Source: an uncultured Chloroflexia bacterium
GTDB taxonomy: Bacteria; Chloroflexota; Limnocylindria; Limnocylindrales; CSP1-4
Direction of reading: 5' to 3'
NCBI GenBank assembly: GCA_963712745.1
Contig: CAVQJC010000015.1
Location: forward strand, 96,001 to 160,000
DNA length: 64,000 nt
Part shown: positions 8,039-17,540 of the stretch, piece after piece
Numbering within the stretch: the stretch's first letter is position 1
Layout: each line of letters starts with the position of its first letter
Program-made: the position numbers and the translations under genes
The notes under the pieces: generated by a model
Told to the model about the DNA's origin: nothing
What the model saw: the letters and a program-made list of their open reading frames with translations, nothing else
Databases searched by the model: none

Positions 8039-10030
8039 CTACTCCGCCGCGACGATCTGCAGGATCTCCTGGCCGTACTTCTCGACCTTGCCGGGCCCGA
8101 TCCCCGGGATGGCCAGCAGCTCGCTCGCCGACCGCGGGCGCCGTTCGGCGATCTCGGCGATGACCGTGTCATAGGCCACGATGAAGGGTGAGACCTTGTC
8201 CGCCCTGGCACGTTCCAGCCGCCACGCCCGAAGCGTGTCGAAGAGCAGTGCATCGTCCACGCTCAGGCGTGAGCGGGCCGCACCTGGTTCGGTCCGCTCA
8301 CGCTTCGGTGCTGACCGGGCAGCGGCTGCCGCTCCAGAGACCCCGAGCGCCCCCAGGAACCGTGATGGCGCACGGCGCTGCGGCTTCCCGTTCGAGGCCG
8401 ACCGCTGCTGAGCCCAGGTCAAGGTCAGGTGGCACCGGGCACGCGTGATGCCGACGTAGAGCAGGCGCCGCTCCTCGGCCAGCGCGGTCTCGGAACCCCC
8501 GGCTTGGCTGACCGGCAGGGAGCCCTCCTCGAGCATGGGGATGAAGACCGCATCCCACTCCAGACCCTTGGCCCGGTGCAGTGTGAGCAGCTCCACGCCG
8601 CCGTCATCGTCCGCCAGCTCCCGGAGCGCACGCTGCGCCAGGGCAGCCACCACGGCATCGCGGTCGGCTCCGCCGCCCTCCAGCGAGAGCTGGGCCACGA
8701 TCGCCAGCATCGTCGAGAGGGTGGCCTGCCGCTCCCGGCCCTCGCGGCCGGTCGGTTCTTCGTCCGGGTCGAAGCCGAGCTGGCGAGCCCACGCTGCGCG
8801 TGCCGCCGCCACCAGGTCCCGCCCCGCCACGTCATCGGGCACCCGCTCGAGCGCCCGCACGGCTGCCTGCACCTCCCGACGTTCGAAGAACCGCTTGCCA
8901 CGCAACCGGTAGGCGATGCCTTCGCGCGCGAAGGCCGCTTCGAAGCCCGCCGTCTGCGCGTTGAGGCGCAGCAGGACCGCCATCTCGTTGGTCGCTACGC
9001 CGTCGCGGATCAGCTCCTTCACCCTGGCCACGATGAAGGCCTCTTCCTCGGCCGCGGACCCAAAGGACGCCACAACCGGCTCCGGCCCGTCTTCCTGCTC
9101 CGCCACGAGCCGCTTCTCCGAGCCGGTCGAAGCCAACAATCGATTAGCCAGAGTAAGCACCTGGGGACTGGACCTGTAGTTCGTCAGCAGCGGGATGATG
9201 GCTGCTCCGGGGTAGCGCCGGGCGAACCCGGTCAGGTGCTCTGGCGTAGCCCCGGCGAAGGTGTAGATGGTCTGGTCCTCGTCACCGACGACGCAGAGGT
9301 CTCGCCGGTCACCGAGCCACAGCTCCAGCAACCGCGCCTGCAGCGGGGTCGTGTCCTGGTACTCGTCGACCGTGATCCAGGAGTAGCGAGAGCGCACCGC
9401 AGCCGCGGCCTCGTCATCGCCCTCCAGCAGCTCGACCGTATCAAGGAGGATGTCATCGAAGTCGATGAGTCCGCGCCGGTCCTTCATCCGCTCGTAGTCG
9501 CCGAACACGCGCACGAACAGGTCCATCGTGGTCGGAGGCGTCCGGCCCGCCGCCCGGGCCGCATAGGTCGAGGGCGTCAGCCTCCGGCTCTTGGCCCACT
9601 CGATCTCGTCGATAAGGTCCCTGGCGGGCGTGAAGCGGTAGCCTCCAGGCAGTGCCCGGGCCAGGGGCGCGACCAGCCGCCATTTGTCGGCCATGACTTC
9701 CGGCAGCTCCGCCCCGTCGTGTCGCAGTGGCCAGAAGTAGCGCAGCTGCGCCAGCGCCGCCGAGTGGAACGTGCGCGCCGTGACGCGGGCCAGGCCCAGC
9801 CCCCGTACACGTCCGGCCATCTCGGCTGCCGCCTTCTCGGTGAACGTGACCAGCAGGATCTCGTGCTCGGGCACGACCCTGGTCGCCACCGCGTAGGCGG
9901 CCCGGTGACTGACCACGCGCGTCTTGCCGCTGCCGGCGCCGGCGATGATGGCCACCGGACCGGTCGTGGTCGTGACCGCCTCGCGCTGAGACTCGTTCAG
10001 CCCGTCGAGGATGCGCTCAAGGTCGGTCAC
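8039..10030 (-). CDS. uvrD2: UvrD/REP ATP-dependent DNA helicase with HRDC domain (UvrD2-like)
   Basis: AGAGSGKT, VDEYQD, VGDEDQTIY, NYRS, TLHRAKGLEW, EERRLLYVGITRAR, C-terminal HRDC (IPGIGPGKVEKYG). Confidence 0.9.
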   Translation of the reverse strand: MTDLERILDGLNESQREAVTTTTGPVAIIAGAGSGKTRVVSHRAAYAVATRVVPEHEILLVTFTEKAAAEMAGRVRGLGLARVTARTFHSAALAQLRYFWPLRHDGAELPEVMADKWRLVAPLARALPGGYRFTPARDLIDEIEWAKSRRLTPSTYAARAAGRTPPTTMDLFVRVFGDYERMKDRRGLIDFDDILLDTVELLEGDDEAAAAVRSRYSWITVDEYQDTTPLQARLLELWLGDRRDLCVVGDEDQTIYTFAGATPEHLTGFARRYPGAAIIPLLTNYRSSPQVLTLANRLLASTGSEKRLVAEQEDGPEPVVASFGSAAEEEAFIVARVKELIRDGVATNEMAVLLRLNAQTAGFEAAFAREGIAYRLRGKRFFERREVQAAVRALERVPDDVAGRDLVAAARAAWARQLGFDPDEEPTGREGRERQATLSTMLAIVAQLSLEGGGADRDAVVAALAQRALRELADDDGGVELLTLHRAKGLEWDAVFIPMLEEGSLPVSQAGGSETALAEERRLLYVGITRARCHLTLTWAQQRSASNGKPQRRAPSRFLGALGVSGAAAAARSAPKRERTEPGAARSRLSVDDALLFDTLRAWRLERARADKVSPFIVAYDTVIAEIAERRPRSASELLAIPGIGPGKVEKYGQEILQIVAAE

Positions 10031-10039
10031 GGGCGCTGC

Positions 10040-10275
10040 CTAAGACTCGACGACAGGGAGTCCGCGGCGCCGGATGTCTCGATCGAACGCCAGGACGGCT
10101 CCAGCGCTGGACTCACGGGCCATGGCCAGGAGCGGCCAGTCGGCGGCTCGCGCTCCGTCGATCGAGCGGACGTCGTCGACCCACTGCACAGCCTGATCGC
10201 GGGCATGCGCACCCGGCTCCTCGCGGATGGCCATCTTGATGGTCATCTGACCTCTCTCACCCTGCGACTCGGCAT
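10040..10275 (-). pseudogene. Collapsed AbrB/MazE-antitoxin and PIN-toxin locus (chimeric remnant)
   Basis: MPSR/GERGQMTIKMAIREEPG...DQAVQWVDD (AbrB-like, 1-nt shift after ATG 10275) fused to ADWPLLAMARESSAGAVLAFDRDIRRRGLPVVES (PIN C-terminus-like). Confidence 0.6.
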
Positions 10276-10346
10276 ACCTACTCAGCGGCTCCATGCGTAG
10301 CAGTGGTCAGCCAGGATGACCCGGTCGGCGAGGTCCTACAAGGCCT

Positions 10347-11402
10347 CTAGCCGCCCAGTCCGGTCCCCTGGCTGAGGCCGTGGTCCGTCGCCCGGTCGTA
10401 GCGCCGGCTCAGTTTCGAGTAGTGGTCAAAGATCCGGGTGGCCTGCTCGTCGGCTGCCTCCCGGGCCTCCTCGCAGGTGGTCGCTGTGAGGCCGTGGTCG
10501 AAGCGGTCATCGATGGTGTCGGCGCCCTGCAGCGCGATGGTCACGTGGCCCAGCTCGTGGATGTGAAGCGCTTCAGCGAACCGCTCCCACTCGACCTCGA
10601 CCGCCGGATCGACGTCCCCCGGCCGCTGCCAGCGCGGCGAGGTCATCGTCACCTCGACCCTGGTCCTGGCGCCGACGATATCGCACCACTCGAGGTCCTC
10701 TCCTTCCTCGGAAAGGAAGGCCCAGTTCGTATACCACTCGGTGTAGGCGGCCCACTTGCCTTTGATGCGCGTAGTCTCGTCCACGAGCTCCTCGAAGGTG
10801 TCGCCACGGACGGTGTAGAAGCGCTGGTCCAGGGTCAGCTCCAGGTCGGGGTCGGGCAGAGGCGCAAAGCGTACCGACCAATGCTTGCAGTCGCTATCGA
10901 CCTTGAGGCGACCGGTGGCGTAGTCGACATCGAGGATCACCTCCGCGACCTCCGTGACTCCCGAGGGGGCCGAGGACCAGTGGCTGAACACGGGTTGCCC
11001 GTCCTCGATGAGCCTGACGTGAGCAGCGCACGACTGCCCCCCGGGTGTGAGCACGATCCGGGTCTGAGCCTCCTGCGCCCCGAAGCGGACTTCGTCCCAG
11101 CGGTGGGCGCCCCGCGCACCCGACACTCGCAGCCTGGCCGGCCCCACGAACAGGGGCACATCCGGCGCCTTCCTCTTGCGCAGGTCGTCGGGCAGGGTAG
11201 GGCGAGGCGTCGGCTCGGGAGCCTGTTCGGAGCCCGGTTCGGGAGGGAGGGACGCTTCGGCACCGGGCACAGCGCCAGATCCAGGGCTGGGCGCAGCCAC
11301 GGACTCGGGGCTCGGCATCGGCTCGGTGGCCACGACCGACCCGGCCGACCCCACCAGAGCCAGCCCCAGGACGACCGACATCGACCGCATCCCACGCGTC
11401 AT
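10347..11402 (-). CDS. Secreted DUF922 family Zn-dependent protease
   Basis: Signal peptide, Pro-rich linker, FYTVRGDT, SPRW, HELGH zinc motif, YDRATDHG.SQG. Confidence 0.8.
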   Translation of the reverse strand: MTRGMRSMSVVLGLALVGSAGSVVATEPMPSPESVAAPSPGSGAVPGAEASLPPEPGSEQAPEPTPRPTLPDDLRKRKAPDVPLFVGPARLRVSGARGAHRWDEVRFGAQEAQTRIVLTPGGQSCAAHVRLIEDGQPVFSHWSSAPSGVTEVAEVILDVDYATGRLKVDSDCKHWSVRFAPLPDPDLELTLDQRFYTVRGDTFEELVDETTRIKGKWAAYTEWYTNWAFLSEEGEDLEWCDIVGARTRVEVTMTSPRWQRPGDVDPAVEVEWERFAEALHIHELGHVTIALQGADTIDDRFDHGLTATTCEEAREAADEQATRIFDHYSKLSRRYDRATDHGLSQGTGLGG

Positions 11403-11473
11403 GGAGAACAGTGTGCCTCGACTTGCCAAGAGGCCGGATAATCGGGACGCTACGATCCTGCGAGGTACCCACG

Positions 11474-12904
11474 ATGCCCATCGCGCGCGACCATGCGGCC
11501 GACCTGCGGACGCTCAGACTCGACGGTCGCATCGTGCTGCCGGGTGACGACGGCTGGGACGCGGCCAGAGCCGTCTGGAACGGGATGATCGACCGGCAGC
11601 CGGCGGCCGTGCTGCAGGCGGCGAGTCCTGAGGACGTGGCCGCCGGTATCGAGGCGGCCAAGGCCCATGGCCTCACTCTCGCGGTCCGCGGGGGCGGACA
11701 TGGTGTAGCCGGCACCGGCACGATCGAGGACGGCCTCGTCATCGACCTCGGCCGCATGGACGAAGTAGGCGTGAATCCGGGCACCCGCGTGGTCACCGTC
11801 GGGGGCGGTGCCACGCTCGGCGACCTCGACCGGGGCACCATGGGCTACCGCACTTCTGTGCCGGCGGGCGTCGTCTCCACCACCGGCGTCGGCGGACTCA
11901 CCGTCGGCGGCGGCATGGGCTGGCTCACCCGCGCCTACGGCCTCTCGGTCGACAACCTCCTCGACGTCCACCTCGTGACCGCAGCCGGCGAACAGGTGCA
12001 CGCGAGTGCGCAGCACAACCGCGATCTGTTCTGGGGCGTGCGCGGCGGCGGCTCGAACTTCGGTGTCGTCACGCGCTTCGAATTCCAGGGCGTGCCACTC
12101 GGCCCTGACGTCTACGCCGGGGGCTGCTGGTACGGTCCGGACAAGTGGCGCGACGCCCTCCGCTTCTACGCCGAGTGGGCCCCGACCATCCCCGATGAGC
12201 TGACCACCATCGTCACCTGGCTCACGCCGATGGAGCACTGGGACGTGCCCGAGCGCTTCAAGGGCCGGCCGATCCTGGCGCTCACGTGGTGCTGGGCCGG
12301 GCGCGACATGGCTGCTGGGGAACGCGCGGTGGAGGACCTGCTGCGAGCTGACCCGGACGAGGTGCTGGCCGGCTCCACGCCCTGGCTCGAGCTGCAGACC
12401 AGCGCGGACGATCTCTTCCCCAAGGGCGCCAGGGCCTACTTCAAGTCGACCTACTTCGACGAATTCAGCGATGAGGTCATCGAGGCCCTGGCCCAGCACT
12501 CGCTGAAGCGCCGGTCGCCGGTCGCGGGTACCGACATCCACCAGTTGGGTGGAGCCTTCGGGCGCGTTGCCGAGGGCGCCACCGCCTTCGGCAACCGAGA
12601 CGCGAACTACATCCTCAACGTCTGGGGTGTCTGGCGTGATGCGGCCGATGACGCGGCCGAGATCGCCTGGGTGCGCGCCTTCTGGGAGGCCATGCAACCG
12701 CACGCACGAGGCGGCCACTACACCAACTTCCTGGGCGCGGAAGAGGGCGAGGCTGCTCAGGCCCAGGCGCGTGCCTCGTATCCGACCGAGACATGGGAAC
12801 GCCTGGTGGCGCTCAAGGACGAATGGGATCCGGGCAACCTCTTCCGCCTGAACCACAACATCCCGCCGAGCCGGGCCCGGGCGGCCGGAGCGGGCAGCGC
12901 CTAA
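11474..12904 (+). CDS. FAD-binding oxidoreductase (FAD_binding_4 plus BBE domain)
   Basis: VRGGGH covalent-FAD motif, DLFWGVRGGGSNFGVVT, WDPGNLFRLNHNI. Confidence 0.92.
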   Translation: MPIARDHAADLRTLRLDGRIVLPGDDGWDAARAVWNGMIDRQPAAVLQAASPEDVAAGIEAAKAHGLTLAVRGGGHGVAGTGTIEDGLVIDLGRMDEVGVNPGTRVVTVGGGATLGDLDRGTMGYRTSVPAGVVSTTGVGGLTVGGGMGWLTRAYGLSVDNLLDVHLVTAAGEQVHASAQHNRDLFWGVRGGGSNFGVVTRFEFQGVPLGPDVYAGGCWYGPDKWRDALRFYAEWAPTIPDELTTIVTWLTPMEHWDVPERFKGRPILALTWCWAGRDMAAGERAVEDLLRADPDEVLAGSTPWLELQTSADDLFPKGARAYFKSTYFDEFSDEVIEALAQHSLKRRSPVAGTDIHQLGGAFGRVAEGATAFGNRDANYILNVWGVWRDAADDAAEIAWVRAFWEAMQPHARGGHYTNFLGAEEGEAAQAQARASYPTETWERLVALKDEWDPGNLFRLNHNIPPSRARAAGAGSA

Positions 12905-13827
12905 GAAGCGGCCACCGCGGTCGCTCCGGGCACGAACGAGGCCACGTCCGAGAGCAGTCGTCGCAACGTCGCCACCGGCGCCCAGGCTGACGGTTCGGCC
13001 CGTTCCAGGGCCACGATCCGACGGGAGCTCATCGGCACGTCGGCCAGGCCGACCGAGGCCAGCCGACCGGCCTCGATCTCCGGCGCGGCCGCGGTCGAGG
13101 GCAGGAAGGCTACGCCCAGGCCTCGTGCCACGAGCCGCCTGGCGGTGTCGACGCTGTCGACTTCGATGACGCCGTAGGGCGTCACTCCGGCATCCTTGAG
13201 CAACGACTGCGCGGCGTCGTAGTCGTCCGAGCCGCGGTCGTAGAAGACAAGCGTGGCATCGGCCAGGCGCGCCAGGGGGATGGGGCCCTCAGCCACGAAG
13301 GGGTGCTCCGGCCGGGCCACGAGCATCGAGACCTCGGTGTACAGGGGCGTGACCCGCAGACGCGGATCCCGCGATGGCGCCGCCTCCCGGATGAGCCCGA
13401 GCTGTGCGGTACCGAAGGCGACCAGCTCCACGATCCGCTCAGGGTGTCCGGTGTGGACGTAGAGGTGGACGCCGGGGTGGTAGCGCCGGAAGCGTGCCAC
13501 CAGCTCCGGCACGACCGAGGCGTTGATGGTGGAGGCTGCGGCGATCACCAGCTCCCCGTCGTCACCCTGCTCCACCTGGCTCACGGCCGACCGCCCCGCC
13601 TCGATGGCCTCCATGGCGCGCTCCGCATGCGGCACCAGTGCCCGGCCCGCGAGCGTCAGCCGGACGCCGCGCTTGGTGCGCTCGAAGAGGCGCGCCCCGA
13701 GCTCGTCTTCCAGGGCCACGATACGCGCCGACAGCGCCGGCTGACCAAGGTGCAGGGAGCGCGCCGCAGCACGCATCGAGCCGAGCCGGGCTACTTCGAG
13801 GAAGGCTTCGAGGCGAGGAATGTCCAT
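12901..13827 (-). CDS. LysR family transcriptional regulator
   Basis: LEAFLEVARLGSMRAAARSLHLGQPALSARIVALEDELGARLFER. Confidence 0.93.
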   Translation of the reverse strand: MDIPRLEAFLEVARLGSMRAAARSLHLGQPALSARIVALEDELGARLFERTKRGVRLTLAGRALVPHAERAMEAIEAGRSAVSQVEQGDDGELVIAAASTINASVVPELVARFRRYHPGVHLYVHTGHPERIVELVAFGTAQLGLIREAAPSRDPRLRVTPLYTEVSMLVARPEHPFVAEGPIPLARLADATLVFYDRGSDDYDAAQSLLKDAGVTPYGVIEVDSVDTARRLVARGLGVAFLPSTAAAPEIEAGRLASVGLADVPMSSRRIVALERAEPSAWAPVATLRRLLSDVASFVPGATAVAAS

Positions 13828-14002
13828 GATGATCGAGCTCCAGTCCGGCCCGTCCACGGGGCAAGAGGTGAACGGTCCAATCGATCACTAGAGTCGCACA
13901 ATTCGATTGGACAGTCCACGAGACCGCCCTTACCTTGTGAGCGAAGGCAGGTCCGGGGCCTACCCATCGCCCAGGCTTCACCCGTCACCCGAGGAGATAC
14001 CG

Positions 14003-14509
14003 ATGACCGCGACCAGCGCGACCACCGGTCGGCCAGGCCAGAGCGCAGCCCCTCGCGACCATCGCATGATCGATCCGCGTGGGCATCGCTTCGGTGCCGC
14101 CCTCTCGGTCGTCATCCTGAGCGCCGGCTTTCTCCTGGGCGCTCCCATCACGGTCGCCTTCCTGGCGGTGGCGCTCGGCATCAGCGCGTTCTTCGGGACG
14201 AGGTACTCCATCCTCGGCCGACCCTGGCCCGTCTTCCGCAAGGTCCTCCGTATCGCCCCGCCGAGGGAGTTGGAGCACGAACTCCCGCCGCGCTTCGCAC
14301 AGGCCCTCGGCTTCATCGGCTTCTCCGCCGCGACAGTCCTCTTCCTCCTTGGTCTGCCGGCAGTGGGCTGGGTCGTAGCAGCCGCGGTCGGGGCACTGCA
14401 AGCCGTCCTCGCGGCGAGCGGGTATTGCCTCGGCTGCCGGCTCTACTTCCTCAAGTGGTGGGTCCCGGCCCAGTTCCAGAAGCTGACCAGGCGCACGACG
14501 CTCGCGTAG
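14003..14509 (+). CDS. DUF4395 membrane protein
   Basis: IDPRG.RF.A, PPRFAQALG, GYCLGC.LY; GAGGAG RBS. Confidence 0.85.
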   Translation: MTATSATTGRPGQSAAPRDHRMIDPRGHRFGAALSVVILSAGFLLGAPITVAFLAVALGISAFFGTRYSILGRPWPVFRKVLRIAPPRELEHELPPRFAQALGFIGFSAATVLFLLGLPAVGWVVAAAVGALQAVLAASGYCLGCRLYFLKWWVPAQFQKLTRRTTLA

Positions 14510-14753
14510 ACCATAGGCATCGGCCTCGGGCGGCCGATCTGCGTTCGAAGACGGGGTCCGACGTTTCTCCCCCTGACGCCGGACCCCGTCACCCCGTAAC
14601 CCCGTTGGTCCAGGCAGCTTCCTGAGCGTGACCTCGACCACGTCCTCCGGTCCCCCGGCTATCGGAAGCTCTGGTCGGGCGGGACCATCGGGCGCTTGCG
14701 CCGGGACCTCTGTGCGGGCACGCTAGACGCTCCACCGCCAGCGAGGTGCCTGC

Positions 14754-15254
14754 ATGCCTGAACTCCGAGGACCGACTTCCAAGATCGAGCTCCGCGTGCT
14801 GCGGAGCCGTCGCACCGCCAGCGTGCGCGAGGAGGTCCCGCAGAGCCAACTGTCCCAAGCCATCGGACGCATGCTTCACACCGTCAACGAGGCACTCCAG
14901 AGGCAGGGCGTGGTGCCAGAGGGCGGCCCCTTCGCTCGCTACCACTCTCTCGGCGACACCGTGGATATCGAGGCGGGCGTGCGGGTGGCCGCCCCTATCG
15001 CACCCGACGGCGTGGTCAAGCCCAGCGAGCTACCCGGCGGCCCGGCCGCCATCGCGGTCCACGCTGGTCCCTACGAGACGCTCGGCGCCACGTACGACGC
15101 GATGCGGCGATGGCTCGAGGCGAGCACCAGCCACACTGCCAACGGCGGGCCCTGGGAGCTCTACATCACCGACCCATCGGCCGAACCCGACCCCGGCAAG
15201 TGGCTCACCGAGATCATCTTTCCGCTGAAGGCCCTCGACGCCACGGCCATCTAG
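14754..15254 (+). CDS. GyrI-like small-molecule-binding protein
   Basis: GGPFARYH, LPGGPAAIAVHAGPYETL, WELYITDP...TEIIFPL. Confidence 0.88.
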   Translation: MPELRGPTSKIELRVLRSRRTASVREEVPQSQLSQAIGRMLHTVNEALQRQGVVPEGGPFARYHSLGDTVDIEAGVRVAAPIAPDGVVKPSELPGGPAAIAVHAGPYETLGATYDAMRRWLEASTSHTANGGPWELYITDPSAEPDPGKWLTEIIFPLKALDATAI

Positions 15255-15283
15255 AGGCATCCCCCAAGACCTCCGAAGCCGGC

Positions 15284-15311
15284 GGAACCGCTCGGCCCCA
15301 AGCGACGTCTA
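15284..15311 (+). promoter_or_regulatory. ECF sigma-type promoter upstream of the SIMPL gene
   Basis: GGAAC-N17-CGTCTA, the classic ECF -35/-10 layout. Confidence 0.55.
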
Positions 15312-15387
15312 CGTTCTGCGGGGCGGCGACGTCCACCGTCGCCCGGTCCCGCCCTAGCGATCAACGACACCCGGAGGAACGATCACG

Positions 15388-16149
15388 GTGAACTACTCCC
15401 TCTCCCTCTCGCACCCCAAGCTGCGCTGGCTCTCGGGCGGACTCGCCGTCGGCCTGCTCGCCGCCGCCTTGATGGCCCCGGCGGTCGCCACGGCCCAGAC
15501 TCCGACCGACTCCGACGACACAGTGCGCACGATCAGCGTCAACGGCACCGGCCGCGTGAAGGCCGAACCCGACGTCGCAGACATCAGCCTCGGCGTGACC
15601 ACGCAGGGCATGGAGGCGGCTGAGGCTGCGGGCAAGGCGGCCGAGGCCATGGACTCGATGATCAAGGCCCTGCTCGAGATGGGCATCGCCGAGGCCGACA
15701 TCCAGACCACGAACCTCAGCCTGAACCCGCGCTACGACTGGACCAAGGAGCCGGCGCCGATCGTGGGCTGGGAAGCCAACAACATGGTCAGCGTGACCAT
15801 CCGCGACATCGACTCGGTGGGAGCTGTGGTCGACACCGCGACCGACAACGGCGCCACCAACGTGAACGGCATCAGCTTCCGGGTCGAGGACCCGACCGGG
15901 GCCCAGTCTACGGCCCGCAGCGCCGCTGTCGCCGACGCGGAGGCCAAGGCCACCCAGCTGGCGGCCGACGCCGGCGTCGCCATCATCGGTGTCGTCAGCA
16001 TCAGCGAGTCGGGCGGCCAGGGGCCGCAGCCGATCTACCTGGCCCGGGAGGAGATGGCCTTCGCTGCCGACGCGGCCGCCTCCACGCCGGTGCTGCCGGG
16101 CGAGGTCGAGCTCTCGGTCAACGTCTTCATCCAGTACGAGATCGAATAG
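15388..16149 (+). CDS. SIMPL (DUF541) domain secreted protein
   Basis: Signal peptide, RTISVNGTGRVKAEPD, IQTTNLSLNPRY, AVADAEAKA, PGEVELSV. Confidence 0.92.
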   Translation: MNYSLSLSHPKLRWLSGGLAVGLLAAALMAPAVATAQTPTDSDDTVRTISVNGTGRVKAEPDVADISLGVTTQGMEAAEAAGKAAEAMDSMIKALLEMGIAEADIQTTNLSLNPRYDWTKEPAPIVGWEANNMVSVTIRDIDSVGAVVDTATDNGATNVNGISFRVEDPTGAQSTARSAAVADAEAKATQLAADAGVAIIGVVSISESGGQGPQPIYLAREEMAFAADAAASTPVLPGEVELSVNVFIQYEIE

Positions 16150-16198
16150 GCGACCCTGCACAGGGCGACGCCTGCCTGTCGCCGACACCGCCACCCAC

Positions 16199-16224
16199 GA
16201 GGGCCGGGCACGATCCCGGCCCTC
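16199..16224 (+). terminator. GC-rich hairpin after the SIMPL gene
   Basis: GAGGGCCGGG-cacgat-CCCGGCCCTC followed by a pyrimidine run. Confidence 0.55.
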
Positions 16225-16241
16225 TCCTCTACCCTGCACCA

Positions 16242-17249
16242 ATGCGAGTCGCCGTCTTCTCGGCCAAGCCCTACGACCGGCAGTACCTCGCTGCCGCGGC
16301 CCAAGGCTCGGGCCATCAGCTCGACTTCTTCGAGGCCAAGCTCAACTGTGACCACGTGCCGCTCGCGGCCGGCTATGACGCGGTCTGCGCCTTCGTCCAC
16401 GATGAGTTGGACGGCGAGGTGCTGCGCGCCCTGGCCGAGGGCGGGACGCGTTTCGTGGCCCTCCGTGCGGCCGGGTTCAACAATGTCGATCTCGAGGTCG
16501 CACAGGAGGTCGGCATCCGAATCGGGCGCGTGCCGGCCTATTCGCCCTACGCGGTGGCCGAGCATTCGGTCGCTCTCATCCTCAGCCTCGTGCGACGGAC
16601 GAACCGGGCCTACAACCGGGTTCGCGATGGCAACTTCGCGCTCGATGGGCTGCTCGGCTACGACCTGCACGGCCGCTGCGTGGGGGTGGTCGGGACCGGC
16701 CGCATCGGGACCGTGTTCGCCACCATCATGTCGGGCTTTGGCTGCCGGCTGATTGCCTACGATCCGTATCCCAACGAGACCGTGCGCGACCTGGGCGCGA
16801 GGTACGTGGACCTGCCGGAGCTCTTCGCCGAGGCGGACATCATCGCCCTCCACGCCCCGCTCACGCCGGAGACGCACCACCTCGTGAACCGCCAGTCCCT
16901 GGCGCTGGTGAAGCCGGGCGTGATGATCGTCAACACCAGCCGCGGCGGACTCATCGACACTGAGGCAGCCATCGAGGCGCTCAAGGACGGGCGGCTCGGC
17001 TATCTCGGCCTGGACGTCTACGAGGAAGAGGACGCCATCGGCTTCTTCGAGGACCAGAGCGCTTCGATCATCCAGGACGACACCTTCGCCCGGCTGCTGA
17101 CGTTCCCCAACGTGCTCATCACCGCCCACCAGGGCTTCTTCACGGCCGACGCACTCGCGAACATCGCCGACACGACCATCGCCAATCTCACTGCCTTCGA
17201 GCAGGATGGGGCGCCGCTGCACGAGGTCTCGGCCGACTCGACAGGGTAG
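16242..17249 (+). CDS. ldhA: D-lactate / 2-hydroxyacid dehydrogenase
   Basis: ALRAAGFNNVD, VPAYSPYAVAEH, GTGRIG, NTSRG, LDVYEEE, TAHQGFFT. Confidence 0.9.
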   Translation: MRVAVFSAKPYDRQYLAAAAQGSGHQLDFFEAKLNCDHVPLAAGYDAVCAFVHDELDGEVLRALAEGGTRFVALRAAGFNNVDLEVAQEVGIRIGRVPAYSPYAVAEHSVALILSLVRRTNRAYNRVRDGNFALDGLLGYDLHGRCVGVVGTGRIGTVFATIMSGFGCRLIAYDPYPNETVRDLGARYVDLPELFAEADIIALHAPLTPETHHLVNRQSLALVKPGVMIVNTSRGGLIDTEAAIEALKDGRLGYLGLDVYEEEDAIGFFEDQSASIIQDDTFARLLTFPNVLITAHQGFFTADALANIADTTIANLTAFEQDGAPLHEVSADSTG

Positions 17250-17269
17250 CGGGGCGACGGGGCGCGGCT

Positions 17270-17416
17270 GCTCACCCCACGAGCGATCCCGACCACCCGA
17301 GGACCCCACACGCAGGTCTTGCTCGCGCCGCGAGAAGGACCGCCAATACTGCTCACCCCATGAGCGGAACCTGCGGATCCCGACCCCGGGGCGTCGCGTT
17401 CGCTCACCTCATGAGC
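17270..17416. repeat. Four REP-like short palindromes GCTC-N7-GAGC
   Basis: GCTCACCCCACGAGC (17270), GCTCGCGCCGCGAGA (17321), GCTCACCCCATGAGC (17351), GCTCACCTCATGAGC (17402). Confidence 0.65.
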
Positions 17417-17426
17417 AGCGACGCGC

Positions 17427-17540
17427 TCAGGCTGCCGTGGTGGGGTCAGGCTGCCGTGGCGGGGTCAGGCTGCCGTGGTGGGGTCAGGCTGCCGTGGTGG
17501 GGTCAGGCTGCCGTGGCGGGGTCAGGCTGCCGTGGCGGGG
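17427..17540. repeat. 19-bp tandem repeat x6
   Basis: TCAGGCTGCCGTGG(T/C)GGGG x6; flanked by the 15-bp direct repeat TGAGCAGCGACGCGC (17412-17426 and 17547-17561). Confidence 0.95.

Noticed and set aside
8429-10300. 623-aa + strand ORF
   Set aside because: Antisense shadow of uvrD2 caused by high-GC codon bias; no recognisable motifs
11450-12856. 468-aa - strand ORF, and similar shadows over DUF3179, gltB and gltD
   Set aside because: Fully overlaps a well-supported gene on the opposite strand
13860-14000. SAM-type riboswitch ahead of DUF4395
   Set aside because: No SAM-I or SAM-IV core consensus visible; better explained as the LysR divergent promoter
17427-17540. 19-bp array as a CRISPR
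   Set aside because: Units are contiguous with no unique spacers, and there are no cas genes
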